Shown: piece after piece, positions 29,367 through 39,151 of the stretch
Position numbering within the stretch: position 1 is the first letter of the stretch
How the letters are laid out: each line of letters begins with the position of its first letter
From: Candidatus Multivoradales bacterium
Lineage (GTDB): Bacteria; Acidobacteriota; Thermoanaerobaculia; Multivoradales; J023
DNA: 64,000 bases
Direction: 5' to 3'
NCBI GenBank assembly: GCA_965248925.1
Contig: CBDFLE010000006.1
Coordinates: 2,656,001-2,720,000, forward strand
The notes under the pieces: generated by a model
Database searches by the model: none
Told to the model about the DNA's origin: nothing
What the model saw: only the letters and a program-made list of their open reading frames with translations
Program-made: the position numbers and the translations under genes

Positions 29367-30255
29367 TTGCCCCTTTCCGGTCGTGAAGCCGGTCGTATAG
29401 CCGAATCAATTCCTCTTCGGAATGAAAATGCACCTGAATGACACCACCGCGACGGCGGCGGACGATTTGAACTTTGGTTTGCAACGCTTGGGTAAGCCTT
29501 TCTTGTGCCGCCTGGGCATGCACGTCTAGTGTTTGCTCCTTGCGAGCTGGTTTATCGAGCGCTTTCGGCTGGGCCGCCAGTGCTTCCAAATCACGAGCGG
29601 TGAGGCCTTTCTCGACCGCTTGCTCAGCGATCTCAAGCTGCCGCTTGGGGTCGAGAGCCAGCAGCGGCCGGGCTTGTCCGGCGGTCAGCCTCCCGCTGCG
29701 CAGGAGATCTTGCACTTTGGCCGGTAGACGCAGCAACCGCAGGGCATTAGTGACTGTCGTGCGTCCCTTGCCCACCTTCTTGGCTACTGCTTCTTGGGAC
29801 AGGCCGAACTTGTCATTCAGGGTTCGGAAAGCCTCTGCCTCTTCTACTGGGTTGAGGTCGGCCCTCTGAAGATTCTCCACCAGGGCGAGTTCGAGCAGTT
29901 GCTGATCGTCCGCTACTTCGCGCACAACGACCGGAACTTGGTTCAATTCAGCAAGTTGCGCAGCCCGCCAGCGACGCTCTCCGGCGACGATAGTGTAGCG
30001 ACCGTCTTCCCTTGCCGTGACCACGACGGGCTGGACGATCCCCTGGCTGCGAATCGATTCAGCGAGTTCCTCGAGTCCGCTGTCATCAAAGTCCGTGCGC
30101 GGTTGGAAGCGATTCGGCACCAACTCGCCGACCGCTAAAGTAGCCGGGCCAACTCGGGACACGGCCGCGGTCTCCGCCACGGCCAGGGTGGTCTCGCTAG
30201 TACCACCGAGCAGAGCATCCAGTCCACGGCCCAGACCGCGGCGCTTGGTCTTCAT
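29353..30255 (-). CDS. parB: Chromosome partitioning protein ParB
   Basis: LGRGLDAL, PNRFQPR, GIVQP, IVAGERRWRA, ENLQRADLNPVEEA. Confidence 0.96.
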   Translation of the reverse strand: MKTKRRGLGRGLDALLGGTSETTLAVAETAAVSRVGPATLAVGELVPNRFQPRTDFDDSGLEELAESIRSQGIVQPVVVTAREDGRYTIVAGERRWRAAQLAELNQVPVVVREVADDQQLLELALVENLQRADLNPVEEAEAFRTLNDKFGLSQEAVAKKVGKGRTTVTNALRLLRLPAKVQDLLRSGRLTAGQARPLLALDPKRQLEIAEQAVEKGLTARDLEALAAQPKALDKPARKEQTLDVHAQAAQERLTQALQTKVQIVRRRRGGVIQVHFHSEEELIRLYDRLHDRKGASDVQ

Positions 30256-31010
30256 GCCGCGCGCTCCAGGAACTCACGGGCCAGGGCGAGGTAGGCCTCG
30301 GCACCTCGACTCTTGATGTCATAGCGAAGGATCGGCTGGCCATAGCTCGGCGCTTCGGCCAGGCGAATATTACGCGGAACTACGATTTCGAAGACTTTAG
30401 CAGCAAAGTGTTGCCGCACTTCGGCTGCCACGTCACGGGCCAAGTTGGTCCGTTCGTCATACATCGTCAGCAAGATGCCGCCTATCTCCAGGTTTCGGTT
30501 GAGCCGCCCTTGCACCCGGCGAACCGTGGCGACTAGCTCACTGACCCCTTCGAGCGCGAAATACTCGCACTGCAGTGGTACTAAGATCTGATCCGCGGCA
30601 GTCAGAGCATTGACCGTGAGGTGGCCCAACGAGGGCGGGCAGTCGAGCAGCAAGTAGTCGTAGTCCTTACGCGTTTCTGCCAGCGTTTCGCGCAAGTGCT
30701 GTTCCCAGCCATCCACACCGACCATCTCTACCTCAACACCCACCAGCTCTCGGTCCGAAGGCAGAACATCGAGACCCGGAAAATCGGTCCGCCGGATGGC
30801 GTCCGATGCCTTCGCATCGCCGCTCAGCAAGTGGTAAAGATGGGGCGGCTCGGCGGTCAGACCGAGGCCCCGTGTCGCATTGCCTTGGGGATCGCAATCG
30901 ACAATCAGGACCTTTTTTTCCAAAGCTCCAAGGGCCGCCCCGAGGTTGATTGCGGTGGTGGTCTTTCCTACCCCACCTTTTTGGTTCGCGATCGCGACGA
31001 TGGTCGCCAT
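30252..31010 (-). CDS. parA: Chromosome partitioning ATPase ParA/Soj
   Basis: NQKGGVGKTT, DPQGNAT, DCPPSLG, QCEYFALEG, EAPSYG. Confidence 0.96.
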   Translation of the reverse strand: MATIVAIANQKGGVGKTTTAINLGAALGALEKKVLIVDCDPQGNATRGLGLTAEPPHLYHLLSGDAKASDAIRRTDFPGLDVLPSDRELVGVEVEMVGVDGWEQHLRETLAETRKDYDYLLLDCPPSLGHLTVNALTAADQILVPLQCEYFALEGVSELVATVRRVQGRLNRNLEIGGILLTMYDERTNLARDVAAEVRQHFAAKVFEIVVPRNIRLAEAPSYGQPILRYDIKSRGAEAYLALAREFLERAA

Positions 31011-31141
31011 GTAAGTGCCTCACCTGTTTTTCCACGAAGGCTGGCCGCGTCCGTTCCGGCGCCAGGCCACTTCTCCGAAATTCCCCGGATTCTGCTCTTC
31101 AGAGAGATGACGACTGAAGCCGTCCCGCCACCGGTCTCATT

Positions 31142-31780
31142 TTATCGAGGATGGATCTCTCGGATGTGCCGAGCCCCTCGCAACTCTATTTTTCGTCCGC
31201 CCTTCCATCCGGTGGGGAGGTCCGGCTCGGACTCCCCCAGCCAGAGAAAGAACCGCACTCCCGGCGAATGCTCATAGATCGTGCGCAGTAGCATTGGTTC
31301 GCAGCGAACTGCACGCATGGTGACAACATCTATTGTCTCTGGCCAGCCTGCCGGCAATGGGCTTTCGACTCTAGCATTGAGACATCGACACGACAAAGGA
31401 CCAATCGCCGAGACTGAGCGCAAGGTGGCTTCCAGAAAGGCCCATTTCCGTTGTCGAGACTCGGCCAGAACCACTTCCATTTCGGGTCTTGCGATAGCCA
31501 GCGGAATACCGGGAAAGCCAGCACCAGTACCAAGATCTAGCAGCGATCGGTCAGGGCTGGAAAGTAGGGGAAGAGCGGCTAGCGACTCCCCATAGTGCCG
31601 CTCGACCAAATCCCTAGCGGTCCCGGGTCCGATCAACGACAGCCGCGGGTTCCAGCGTAAGAGTTGCCGGTAGTGAGTTTCGAGAGCGGCCACGACCTGA
31701 CCAGAGAGAGGTCGCGGAGCGACAGCGAGTAACTGGCGCTCGAACTCTCTTGAACTCAGCTCGGGGAGAGGGTTACCCAT
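31142..31780 (-). CDS. rsmG: 16S rRNA m7G527 methyltransferase
   Basis: WN..L.L, RHYGES, LDLGTGAGFPG, ES..RK..FL, MRAV. Confidence 0.9.
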   Translation of the reverse strand: MGNPLPELSSREFERQLLAVAPRPLSGQVVAALETHYRQLLRWNPRLSLIGPGTARDLVERHYGESLAALPLLSSPDRSLLDLGTGAGFPGIPLAIARPEMEVVLAESRQRKWAFLEATLRSVSAIGPLSCRCLNARVESPLPAGWPETIDVVTMRAVRCEPMLLRTIYEHSPGVRFFLWLGESEPDLPTGWKGGRKIELRGARHIREIHPR

Positions 31781-31795
31781 GTTTCACGTGAAACA
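31780..31795. other. parS: parS centromere site
   Basis: Perfect consensus palindrome TGTTTCACGTGAAACA. Confidence 0.93.
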
Positions 31796-31874
31796 GATTG
31801 GCGAGTTGGACAGGGAGACGCTGGTCGCAGAAAGGCACGTCAGCCAACGACGCAAGATGCGTTGGCTCTCCAAC

Positions 31875-32768
31875 TCAGGAGGGGTAGATCGTCACGCACT
31901 TGAAGAACCCCTCTCCGTGGCTCTCGGTAACCACGCCTGGGTCGTCTGCCAGGGTGATGTGGATGATCCTGCGATCAGCAGGGTTCATCGCTTCGAGCTC
32001 CTTGGCCAGTTGGTCGTCGCGAACTTCCTCGGCAGACCGAGCGGCCAATTGACGCAGGTTTTCTTCGTGCTTGGCTCGATAGCCCTCGCAATCTACAGAA
32101 CACTGTAGGCCAATCCCGCAGTAGCCGCGGGCAACACGGGGAAGCAGGTGCTCCAAGACCAAGAGAAGCTGCCCGTCCTCTTCGATCAGACGATCGCTGT
32201 CAATCCCGCTCAATTCGGCATGAAAACACTCATCGGTCTCCTCGACTGACGGGCTGACATCTAGATCACCTAGTTGCAGCAAGACTTCGATCGCTTTCTG
32301 AACCGCCGCCAAGGGAGCCAATTCCTCGATTTCTTCAAACGGCACTCGGTCTTCCATCGGGGTCTCGACAAATGGATCTTTCGCCGGACGATCAGAATCG
32401 CGACCGCTGCCCTGGCGGTCGTGCCACCGCTCCGCACCGCGAAGACCACCCTCGCGCGGCCCGCTTTGCCGCCGCGGCCCGCTGTCCGGACGAGACCCGC
32501 GCGCTTGCCGAGCCACGGTCGCCTGACGTTCTTGCCGTTCCTGCTCTGTCTGGCGGTCAGCTTCCTGCTGCGCCATTTCGACCTGCTCGGCAGACTTCTC
32601 TGGTGCCTGCGGATCGATTTCGATAACCACGCGCCGGCGCTGATTGACGAAGCCATGTTTCTTTTCACGAAGGCTGTAGGCCACCCTCTGAGGGTCGAGC
32701 TTGTAAGACCGTGCCGCTGCCAAGACTGCTTGCTCAAGGGTATTCCCCGAGAAAAAACGCCGCTCCAT
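31875..32768 (-). CDS. jag: Jag/EloR (KhpB) RNA-binding protein
   Basis: Jag_N (FSGNTLEQAV), KH-like region, R3H (MNPADRRIIH); start at MERRFF after GAGG. Confidence 0.87.
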   Translation of the reverse strand: MERRFFSGNTLEQAVLAAARSYKLDPQRVAYSLREKKHGFVNQRRRVVIEIDPQAPEKSAEQVEMAQQEADRQTEQERQERQATVARQARGSRPDSGPRRQSGPREGGLRGAERWHDRQGSGRDSDRPAKDPFVETPMEDRVPFEEIEELAPLAAVQKAIEVLLQLGDLDVSPSVEETDECFHAELSGIDSDRLIEEDGQLLLVLEHLLPRVARGYCGIGLQCSVDCEGYRAKHEENLRQLAARSAEEVRDDQLAKELEAMNPADRRIIHITLADDPGVVTESHGEGFFKCVTIYPS

Positions 32769-33031
32769 GACCTCTTTTCGCCTCCATCTGCCACCGCTCA
32801 GTGGGCGGCAGCAACGATTCTTGATCTCAATCCTGTCCGCTATCTCAATCCCAATGCCTGAATTGTCCGCTGCCTCAACTGTCGACCGGATCCTCTTTTC
32901 GATCCAGCCAGCTTGCCCTGACTCTTGGCTAGTCTTGCTCCAGCGCTCCATCTTACTACTACCGTCCAACGACTGCCGTGCCGGGCTGTTCCTTCGCTGC
33001 AAGCGGCGACGGGCGGCCATCAGCGCGCCGT

Positions 33032-34834
33032 CTAGCTCTTCTTAGTGCTCTGTACGGATGCCGGCTGCTCGCGACCTTTCTTCAACAACTGCTGCTGCCC
33101 CATGGTGAGTATGTTGTTGGTAACCCAATACAGCAGCAGCCCGCTGGGGAAGTTGATCGCGAACACCGAGAACATGATTGGCATCATCTGCATCATGCGG
33201 CGCTGCATCGGCTCGGCAGCAGCCGGGGTCATCTTCTGTAGCAACACCCCACTGACTAGCAATAGGCCTGGCAAGACCCAGAACGGGTCGGGGGTCGACA
33301 AGTCGTGAATCCAGCCAATCCAGGATGCTCCGCGCAGCTCAACGGCGACCGACAGCAGCTTGTAGAAGGCGAAGAACACTGGCAGCTGCAGCAGCATCGG
33401 GAAGCAGCCGCTGGCCGGGTTGACCCCCGCCTGCTTGTAGACCGCCATGGTTTCCTCGTTCATCTTGCGCTGGGCTTCCATGTTGGGTTTGCCCTGCTTG
33501 TCCTTCAGTTTGCTCTTGTACTTGGCGCGAATCGCTTGCACCTTCGGGTTGAGTTCCTGCATCTTCTGCATCGACTTCTGACTCTTGTGGGTCAGCGGCA
33601 TGAACAGCAGCTTGATCAGCACCGTCATCAGGATGATGGCCCAGCCGTAGTTCGCTACCACCTCTCGGTAGACCCATTTCAAGCCCCAATAGAGCGGCCG
33701 CGCCAAGGCACCGAAAAAGCCCCAGCGCACCGTTTCGCCAAGACCGTGCGGCAGTTGCGAGAGCTTGTCGAAGCGTTTAGAGCCGAAGTAGGTGAGCACT
33801 TCCATGTGCGATGCCGAGGCGTTGAGCAAAAGGAGTTGTTCATCGCTGAGCTCTTCCTCCAACTCGGAGCCCAGCGGCAGGAAGCGTGGTTTGCCAGCGC
33901 TCACTTCGCTCCGTTGCAGGACTGGTTTCACCACCACGTCGCGCACCCCGCTCACCGGCACGATCGCGCTCAGAAAGTAATTGTCCTCCAAGGCAATCCA
34001 GTGCAAGCCGGTAGCTGAGATTGCCGTCTCCTGGCCCTGCTTTCCAGGCCGGAGCGAGGTCTTTTCCTCACCCGCGAAATACGAGACCATCGACTGCAGA
34101 TAGCGGCTGTCGCGCTCCTTCCCTTGCAGATCGCGCAGACCCGGGCCAATCAAAACACCCCAGTCAGTGCTTCCCGCAACCGTGATCTCGACCCCAAGCA
34201 TGCCGTCATCGCGCAGTAAGAATCGCTTCTCAGCGTCTCCCTTCTCGCCCCGATAGCGCAGCCTCAGATCACCGACCACACCGGTCTCCAACGCACCGCC
34301 CTGCTGTCGATCCATTGCCGAGGTGTCTTGCCAAGCGAAAAAAGCGGAGTTCAAAGGGTGGATCCGGCCCTCGACAGTCAAGGCAAACGGGTAAGGATCG
34401 CGGCCCCGACTGCGGATCATCTCCACGGGCTCGCCTTCAGCGGTGAGCTGATCCTTCAACCGCAGCGAGGTCAGCTGACCACCCAGGTTGCTGAAGGTGG
34501 CAACCAGAGAGTCGCTCTCTAGAGTACGGCTTTCCTCGTGGCTGGCCACGATCTGTTCGACCTGCCGCGGTTCGCCGGTCTCGAGATCCACCGCTGGCTC
34601 CGCTGATGCCAGGGTATCCACCGCCGGAGAGTCGGTCGAGAACATCGAGCCTGGGTCGGCAGAGCTGGGCGCCAGCGAGGTTGCAGGCGATTCTAGTGGC
34701 GATTCAAATGCTGACGGTTCCGCCCCCGACTCAACGGGCACCGGAGGCGGCGTTGGCGACGGCATTAGGTAGCTCCACAGGAGCACCACTAGGAGAGACA
34801 GGGCTGAAGCAAGCACCAGACGGCGGTTATCCAC
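33032..34834 (-). CDS. yidC: Membrane protein insertase YidC
   Basis: NYGWAII, SMQKMQ.L.P, NP..GCFP.LLQLPVF, PSGLLLYW. Confidence 0.95.
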   Translation of the reverse strand: MDNRRLVLASALSLLVVLLWSYLMPSPTPPPVPVESGAEPSAFESPLESPATSLAPSSADPGSMFSTDSPAVDTLASAEPAVDLETGEPRQVEQIVASHEESRTLESDSLVATFSNLGGQLTSLRLKDQLTAEGEPVEMIRSRGRDPYPFALTVEGRIHPLNSAFFAWQDTSAMDRQQGGALETGVVGDLRLRYRGEKGDAEKRFLLRDDGMLGVEITVAGSTDWGVLIGPGLRDLQGKERDSRYLQSMVSYFAGEEKTSLRPGKQGQETAISATGLHWIALEDNYFLSAIVPVSGVRDVVVKPVLQRSEVSAGKPRFLPLGSELEEELSDEQLLLLNASASHMEVLTYFGSKRFDKLSQLPHGLGETVRWGFFGALARPLYWGLKWVYREVVANYGWAIILMTVLIKLLFMPLTHKSQKSMQKMQELNPKVQAIRAKYKSKLKDKQGKPNMEAQRKMNEETMAVYKQAGVNPASGCFPMLLQLPVFFAFYKLLSVAVELRGASWIGWIHDLSTPDPFWVLPGLLLVSGVLLQKMTPAAAEPMQRRMMQMMPIMFSVFAINFPSGLLLYWVTNNILTMGQQQLLKKGREQPASVQSTKKS

Positions 34835-34912
34835 GGATCCGCGTTCCTTTCTCAGAACGATTCGATTCTCTGTTTTGCGACTTCGGTTGCAGACGGTCTC
34901 GATGCAAATCGA

Positions 34913-35119
34913 TCAAGGAAGGTCAATACCGCCCGGCATTAGAGGCTGGCAGCGAGCCAGCCGCAACAGCGCTTTCCAACTTCCCCGCCACGCTCCGTGC
35001 TTCAGAATCGCCAAACGAGCATATTCCGAGCAAGTTGGCGAAAAACGACAGGCTTGCGGTAGCAAGGGCGACACGTAGCGCTTGTAGAACCACGGTAAAT
35101 CCGCCAGCCACCTCTTCAC
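34913..35119 (-). CDS. yidD: Membrane protein insertion efficiency factor
   Basis: YVSPL, CRFSPTCSEY, RCQP..PGG.D. Confidence 0.92.
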   Translation of the reverse strand: MKRWLADLPWFYKRYVSPLLPQACRFSPTCSEYARLAILKHGAWRGSWKALLRLARCQPLMPGGIDLP

Positions 35120-35562
35120 GCCTTGCTCCTCGATCTCCCTAGAGGGCCACGCTGAGCAGATCTCGACGGCCGGCCGGGCCGCGCCAAAGGCTGAGCCAGC
35201 GCCAGTAACTTGGCCAACAGCCTTTCCAGCTCGACGGCGAAATCCCCAAATCTAGCACTGCCGGCAGCAGGCTTGAGATGGACCACGATGTCGGCAGCCG
35301 GCAAGTCAGGGCGCCCAGGCCAACGCCTGAAGACTTCCCGCACGCGACGCTTCAATCGATGACGCACCACCGCATTGCCAACTTTCCGACTAGCGGTAAT
35401 TCCCAGACGGGCGGTAGAGACTGAATTGGGGTGAACATGCAGAGTCAGCAACGAACCATGGCGCCTCTGACCTCTGCGATAGCAGCGCAGGAACTGCGCA
35501 CTATTGCTCAGTCGAGCGCTGCGGCACAGCCCTTCACCGGCTGGTGAGGAGTGCCCGCTCAC
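35116..35562 (-). CDS. rnpA: Ribonuclease P protein component
   Basis: RLGITASRKVGNAVVRHRLKRRVRE. Confidence 0.92.
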   Translation of the reverse strand: MSGHSSPAGEGLCRSARLSNSAQFLRCYRRGQRRHGSLLTLHVHPNSVSTARLGITASRKVGNAVVRHRLKRRVREVFRRWPGRPDLPAADIVVHLKPAAGSARFGDFAVELERLLAKLLALAQPLARPGRPSRSAQRGPLGRSRSKA

Positions 35563-35564
35563 GC

Positions 35565-35699
35565 TCAGACCGCGATACGCTGACGACCCTTGCGCCGACG
35601 GCGGGCGATGATCGCTCGTCCATGGCGGGTGCGCATCCGCATGCGGAACCCATGTTTCTTTTTGCGACGACGATTATTTGGCTGGAATGTCCTCTTCAC
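35565..35699 (-). CDS. rpmH: 50S ribosomal protein L34 (not in ORF track)
   Basis: GTG start; [44 protein letters not shown]. Confidence 0.96.
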   Translation of the reverse strand: MKRTFQPNNRRRKKKHGFRMRMRTRHGRAIIARRRRKGRQRIAV

Positions 35700-35920
35700 G
35701 GCATCAACCTTCTTTGCTGCTTTCTCGAATCGGCGGACGGCGTTTTGGGCCGACCGGTGACTCTCTGTTTCTGTCGCTATGTTCGGGGACGAATTCTTAT
35801 TCGCTCCCCGCCTTCCTCACTCTTCGAACACACCCGGACCGTCACCGGATTGCCGTAGCGGTCTCGGACCATCTCTAGGATGTCTTGAACGGGTGGCTCG
35901 AACAGCCCGCAGAACGGCGC

Positions 35921-35950
35921 ACTCTAGCGCATCTGACTAGGGAAGGTCAA
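35921..35950 (-). promoter_or_regulatory. Putative rpmH operon promoter
   Basis: Minus strand TTGACC-N18-TAGAGT just after the tRNA CCA end. Confidence 0.5.
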
Positions 35951-35951
35951 A

Positions 35952-36042
<91 letters not shown>

Positions 36043-36122
36043 GCGAATCGCGACGACTCTACCTCTTCGTCCCGCCGGCGCCAAGAGCAGCTACCACGGA
36101 TTGGACGCTAACCGGGGCAGTT

Positions 36123-36213
<91 letters not shown>

Positions 36214-36254
36214 TTTGAACTGTCGTCTCTCAAAGATCCGCTGCGCGGCGTCTG

Positions 36255-36776
36255 CTATGGCACCTGCTTCGCGCGCGCCCGCCGACGCAGAGCAGAGAAA
36301 AACTCTTTGAGCTGCGCCGCGCAGGCTGTTTCCAGGACTCCCCGCTGCACCTCCATACGGTGGTTGAGGCGTCGGTCCTGAACCAAGTTGCCAAGGGTAC
36401 CGCAAAACCCTCCCTTCGGGTCACCGGTACCATAGACCAATCTCTCGATCCGACTGTTCACCAAGGCACCAGCACACATCGCGCAGGGTTCCAGGGTGAC
36501 ATATAGAGTGCAGCCTTCAAGGCGCCAGCTGCCGAGGCATCGTGCGGCGCGGCGAATGGCGATCAGCTCGGCGTGGGCGAGGGGATCCGCATCAGCCTCT
36601 CGCCGATTGCCACCGCGAGCGATGATCCGGCTTCCCTCGACGACCACCGCGCCCACCGGCACTTCGCCTGCCAAACCCGCACGATGCGCTTCGGCCAAGG
36701 CTTCGCGCATCCACCGCTGATCGACGGACACCAGTGCTGGTAACGACGCTTTGTCCGTGTCAGACACCTCTTCCAT
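36255..36776 (-). CDS. tadA: tRNA adenosine(34) deaminase
   Basis: EVPVGAV, HAE, TLEPCAMC, DPKGG, LNH; exact start uncertain. Confidence 0.93.
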   Translation of the reverse strand: MEEVSDTDKASLPALVSVDQRWMREALAEAHRAGLAGEVPVGAVVVEGSRIIARGGNRREADADPLAHAELIAIRRAARCLGSWRLEGCTLYVTLEPCAMCAGALVNSRIERLVYGTGDPKGGFCGTLGNLVQDRRLNHRMEVQRGVLETACAAQLKEFFSALRRRARAKQVP

Positions 36777-36792
36777 CAGACACCTCTTCCAT
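36761..36792. repeat. 16-bp perfect direct duplication at tadA start
   Basis: CAGACACCTCTTCCAT x2. Confidence 0.9.
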
Positions 36793-36958
36793 CACCAGGC
36801 CGGATTGTATTCGCTTCCATCTCATCACGCTGTAGGTCTTCGCCGCCAGGCACCAATCGGAGCGGACCCTCCGGCCAGGGCGGTGGATCGTCGTGCACCC
36901 CACTTTACATTTTGCTTCCTTTGCACGTACCATGACCTTTCGAGCAGCGATTTGCGAA

Positions 36959-37058
36959 GGGTTCGGGTCCTGTGCATCGGTCGGTTCTGAACCTCGTCAG
37001 GCCCGGAAGGGAGCAGCGATAAGGTATTCGTCCGAGTGCCGCAGATTCACCGGGACCC
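36959..37058 (+). ncRNA. ffs: SRP RNA (4.5S)
   Basis: Helix-8 motif TCAGGCCCGGAAGGGAGCAGC; terminal pairing; usual position upstream of dnaX. Confidence 0.92.
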
Positions 37059-37179
37059 TTCGCAGGTCGCTGCTCGACAACGTATCGAGCGGCAAGGCCG
37101 CTGCCGGCCCGACCGCGGTGACTACCCTAATTTCTGTCGCTATCCGAGCGCTTGCCACAAAAAAGCCGCCACATCCACC

Positions 37180-38844
37180 ATGACCTACCAGGTACTGGCC
37201 AGAAAGTGGCGTCCACAGGACTTCTCCTCACTGATCGGGCAACAGCCGATCGTCACCGCGCTCCGCAATGGCCTGACGGACGGCCGTATCGCCCAGGCCT
37301 ACATGTTCTCCGGCATCCGCGGAGTCGGCAAAACAACCGCGGCGCGGCTCTTGGCCAAAGCCCTCAACTGCTCCACCGGGCCCGCTGGCGAACCCTGCAA
37401 CGACTGCCAGTCCTGCCGCGAGATCACAGCCGGAAACAGCCTTGATGTGTTGGAGATCGATGCCGCGACCTACTCGAAAGTCGAGCAAATCCGTGAACTG
37501 ACCGAGAGCTTGCGTTATGGACCGGCCCGAGATAGCTACAAAGTGGTCATCTTGGACGAAATCCATCGTCTCTCGCGACAAGCCTTTGATGCCTTGCTCA
37601 AGATCGTCGAGGAACCTCCGGCTCATCTGGTTTTCATCTTCGCCACCACCGAGGTCGAAGCGGTTCCGGCAACCGTGCTGTCGCGCTGTCAAGAACACCG
37701 CTTTCGCCGGGTCTCTTCGACCGAACTCGCGGCCTACATGCGCGGCGTTTGCCAGGCGGAGCAGATCGAGGCCAGCGACACCGCCTTGAGGATGATCGCG
37801 CGAGCCGGTGAGGGCAGCGTTCGCGACTCGGTCGCGCTGCTCGACCAACTCGCCACTTTTGGTAGCAATAAGATCTCCGATCAGGAGGCCAAGAACCTCC
37901 TCGGCGGCGTCGACGCAACAGTCTTTCATCGCCTACTCGGCGCCATTCTTGGCGGCGTGCATGCCGAAATCAGCAGCATCGTTCACCAAATCGAGGAGCA
38001 GGGTTGGGATCCACACGGCGTCTACAGCCAGTTCATGAGCTACTGCCGAGATGCACTCCACCTGGCGGCGGGAGCTACCGCTGAGGGTATCGACCTGCCG
38101 CCGGAAGATACCGCCACCCTGGCCAAGTTGGCTCGCCCGGCTGGTTTGGAGAACCTCTTGCGCCTGACCCATCTGCTGCTTTCAGGGGAGCCAACAGTAC
38201 GCCGAAGCGAGATCGGTGGATTGGCCTTGGAGATTCTCTGGTTGCGAGCTGCCGAGTTGCCCAAGCTCACCCGCATCGAGAACCTCCTGGCCGGCGGCGC
38301 ACCGCCGATTTCTAGCCCGCCTCCCACCGCTACCATCTCACCCCGCGACACCACTACTGTGGTGCAAGCTTCGGCCAAGACTGTACCGAAGCTCAGTTCG
38401 GAACCACTCGTTAAGAGCGACTCTCCGCCGGCCGAGCTGGCGACGGAACCACCTTCGACGGAGGCCACCGCGGCCCCGTCGTTACCAGACTTCAAACGGG
38501 CTTTGGGTCGCAAACGGCAATCGCTTTCCGCTCTCTTTGCCCAGGTAGAGAAACTTCGCCTGCACCAGGGCTGTTTGGAGATCTACCCGGCAGCTAGCGA
38601 CAGCCTACTCAGCACCGCTCTCGAGCGGCAGCGCAACGCCGCCCTGGTCGAGGAAGTGGTGCACGAACTGTGTGGAGCCGGCTTCGAGTGGCGCCTGGTC
38701 ACTGGCCCGGCGATCACAGCGCCGGTCAAGGCCGAGGCCACCCAAACCACGGACCAACACCCAGCAGTGCAGGCGGTGCTCGATATCTTCACCGACAGCG
38801 CGATCGTACAACCCGCGAAAAGCCCACACAGCGAGGACACTTGA
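37180..38844 (+). CDS. dnaX: DNA polymerase III gamma/tau
   Basis: MTYQVLARKWRPQ, GIRGVGKTT, Zn Cys motif, DEIH, SRCQ. Confidence 0.95.
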   Translation: MTYQVLARKWRPQDFSSLIGQQPIVTALRNGLTDGRIAQAYMFSGIRGVGKTTAARLLAKALNCSTGPAGEPCNDCQSCREITAGNSLDVLEIDAATYSKVEQIRELTESLRYGPARDSYKVVILDEIHRLSRQAFDALLKIVEEPPAHLVFIFATTEVEAVPATVLSRCQEHRFRRVSSTELAAYMRGVCQAEQIEASDTALRMIARAGEGSVRDSVALLDQLATFGSNKISDQEAKNLLGGVDATVFHRLLGAILGGVHAEISSIVHQIEEQGWDPHGVYSQFMSYCRDALHLAAGATAEGIDLPPEDTATLAKLARPAGLENLLRLTHLLLSGEPTVRRSEIGGLALEILWLRAAELPKLTRIENLLAGGAPPISSPPPTATISPRDTTTVVQASAKTVPKLSSEPLVKSDSPPAELATEPPSTEATAAPSLPDFKRALGRKRQSLSALFAQVEKLRLHQGCLEIYPAASDSLLSTALERQRNAALVEEVVHELCGAGFEWRLVTGPAITAPVKAEATQTTDQHPAVQAVLDIFTDSAIVQPAKSPHSEDT

Positions 38845-38848
38845 GACG

Positions 38849-39142
38849 ATGAATATGCAGAAGCTCCTGAAGCAAGCTCAGGATATGCAGGATCGGATGC
38901 AGCGTGAGCTGGGAGACACCTTTGCCGAATCCACCGTCGGGGGTGGCCTGGTTACCGTCAAGATGAACGGCCACAAACATGTGGTAGCGGTCCACATCGA
39001 CCCCGAAGCCATAGATCCGAAAGACCCGGCGATGCTCGAGGACTTGATCCAGGCAGCGTTCAACGAAGCGGTAAGGAAGATGGACGACACCCTCCGCCAC
39101 AAAGTCGGATCGATGGCCTCGGGTTTGCCCAACCTGTTCTGA
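38849..39142 (+). CDS. ybaB: YbaB/EbfC nucleoid-associated protein
   Basis: MNMQKLLKQAQ.MQ, GGGLVTV..NG, LEDLI.AA.N. Confidence 0.92.
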   Translation: MNMQKLLKQAQDMQDRMQRELGDTFAESTVGGGLVTVKMNGHKHVVAVHIDPEAIDPKDPAMLEDLIQAAFNEAVRKMDDTLRHKVGSMASGLPNLF

Positions 39143-39151
39143 GCCAGCTGG

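Noticed and set aside
32769-33020. N-terminal extension of Jag
   Set aside because: Jag_N motif and RBS point to ATG 32768
37036-38844. dnaX programmed frameshift or longer N-terminus
   Set aside because: The only A-run plus G seen lies upstream of ATG 37180; the extension overlaps SRP RNA
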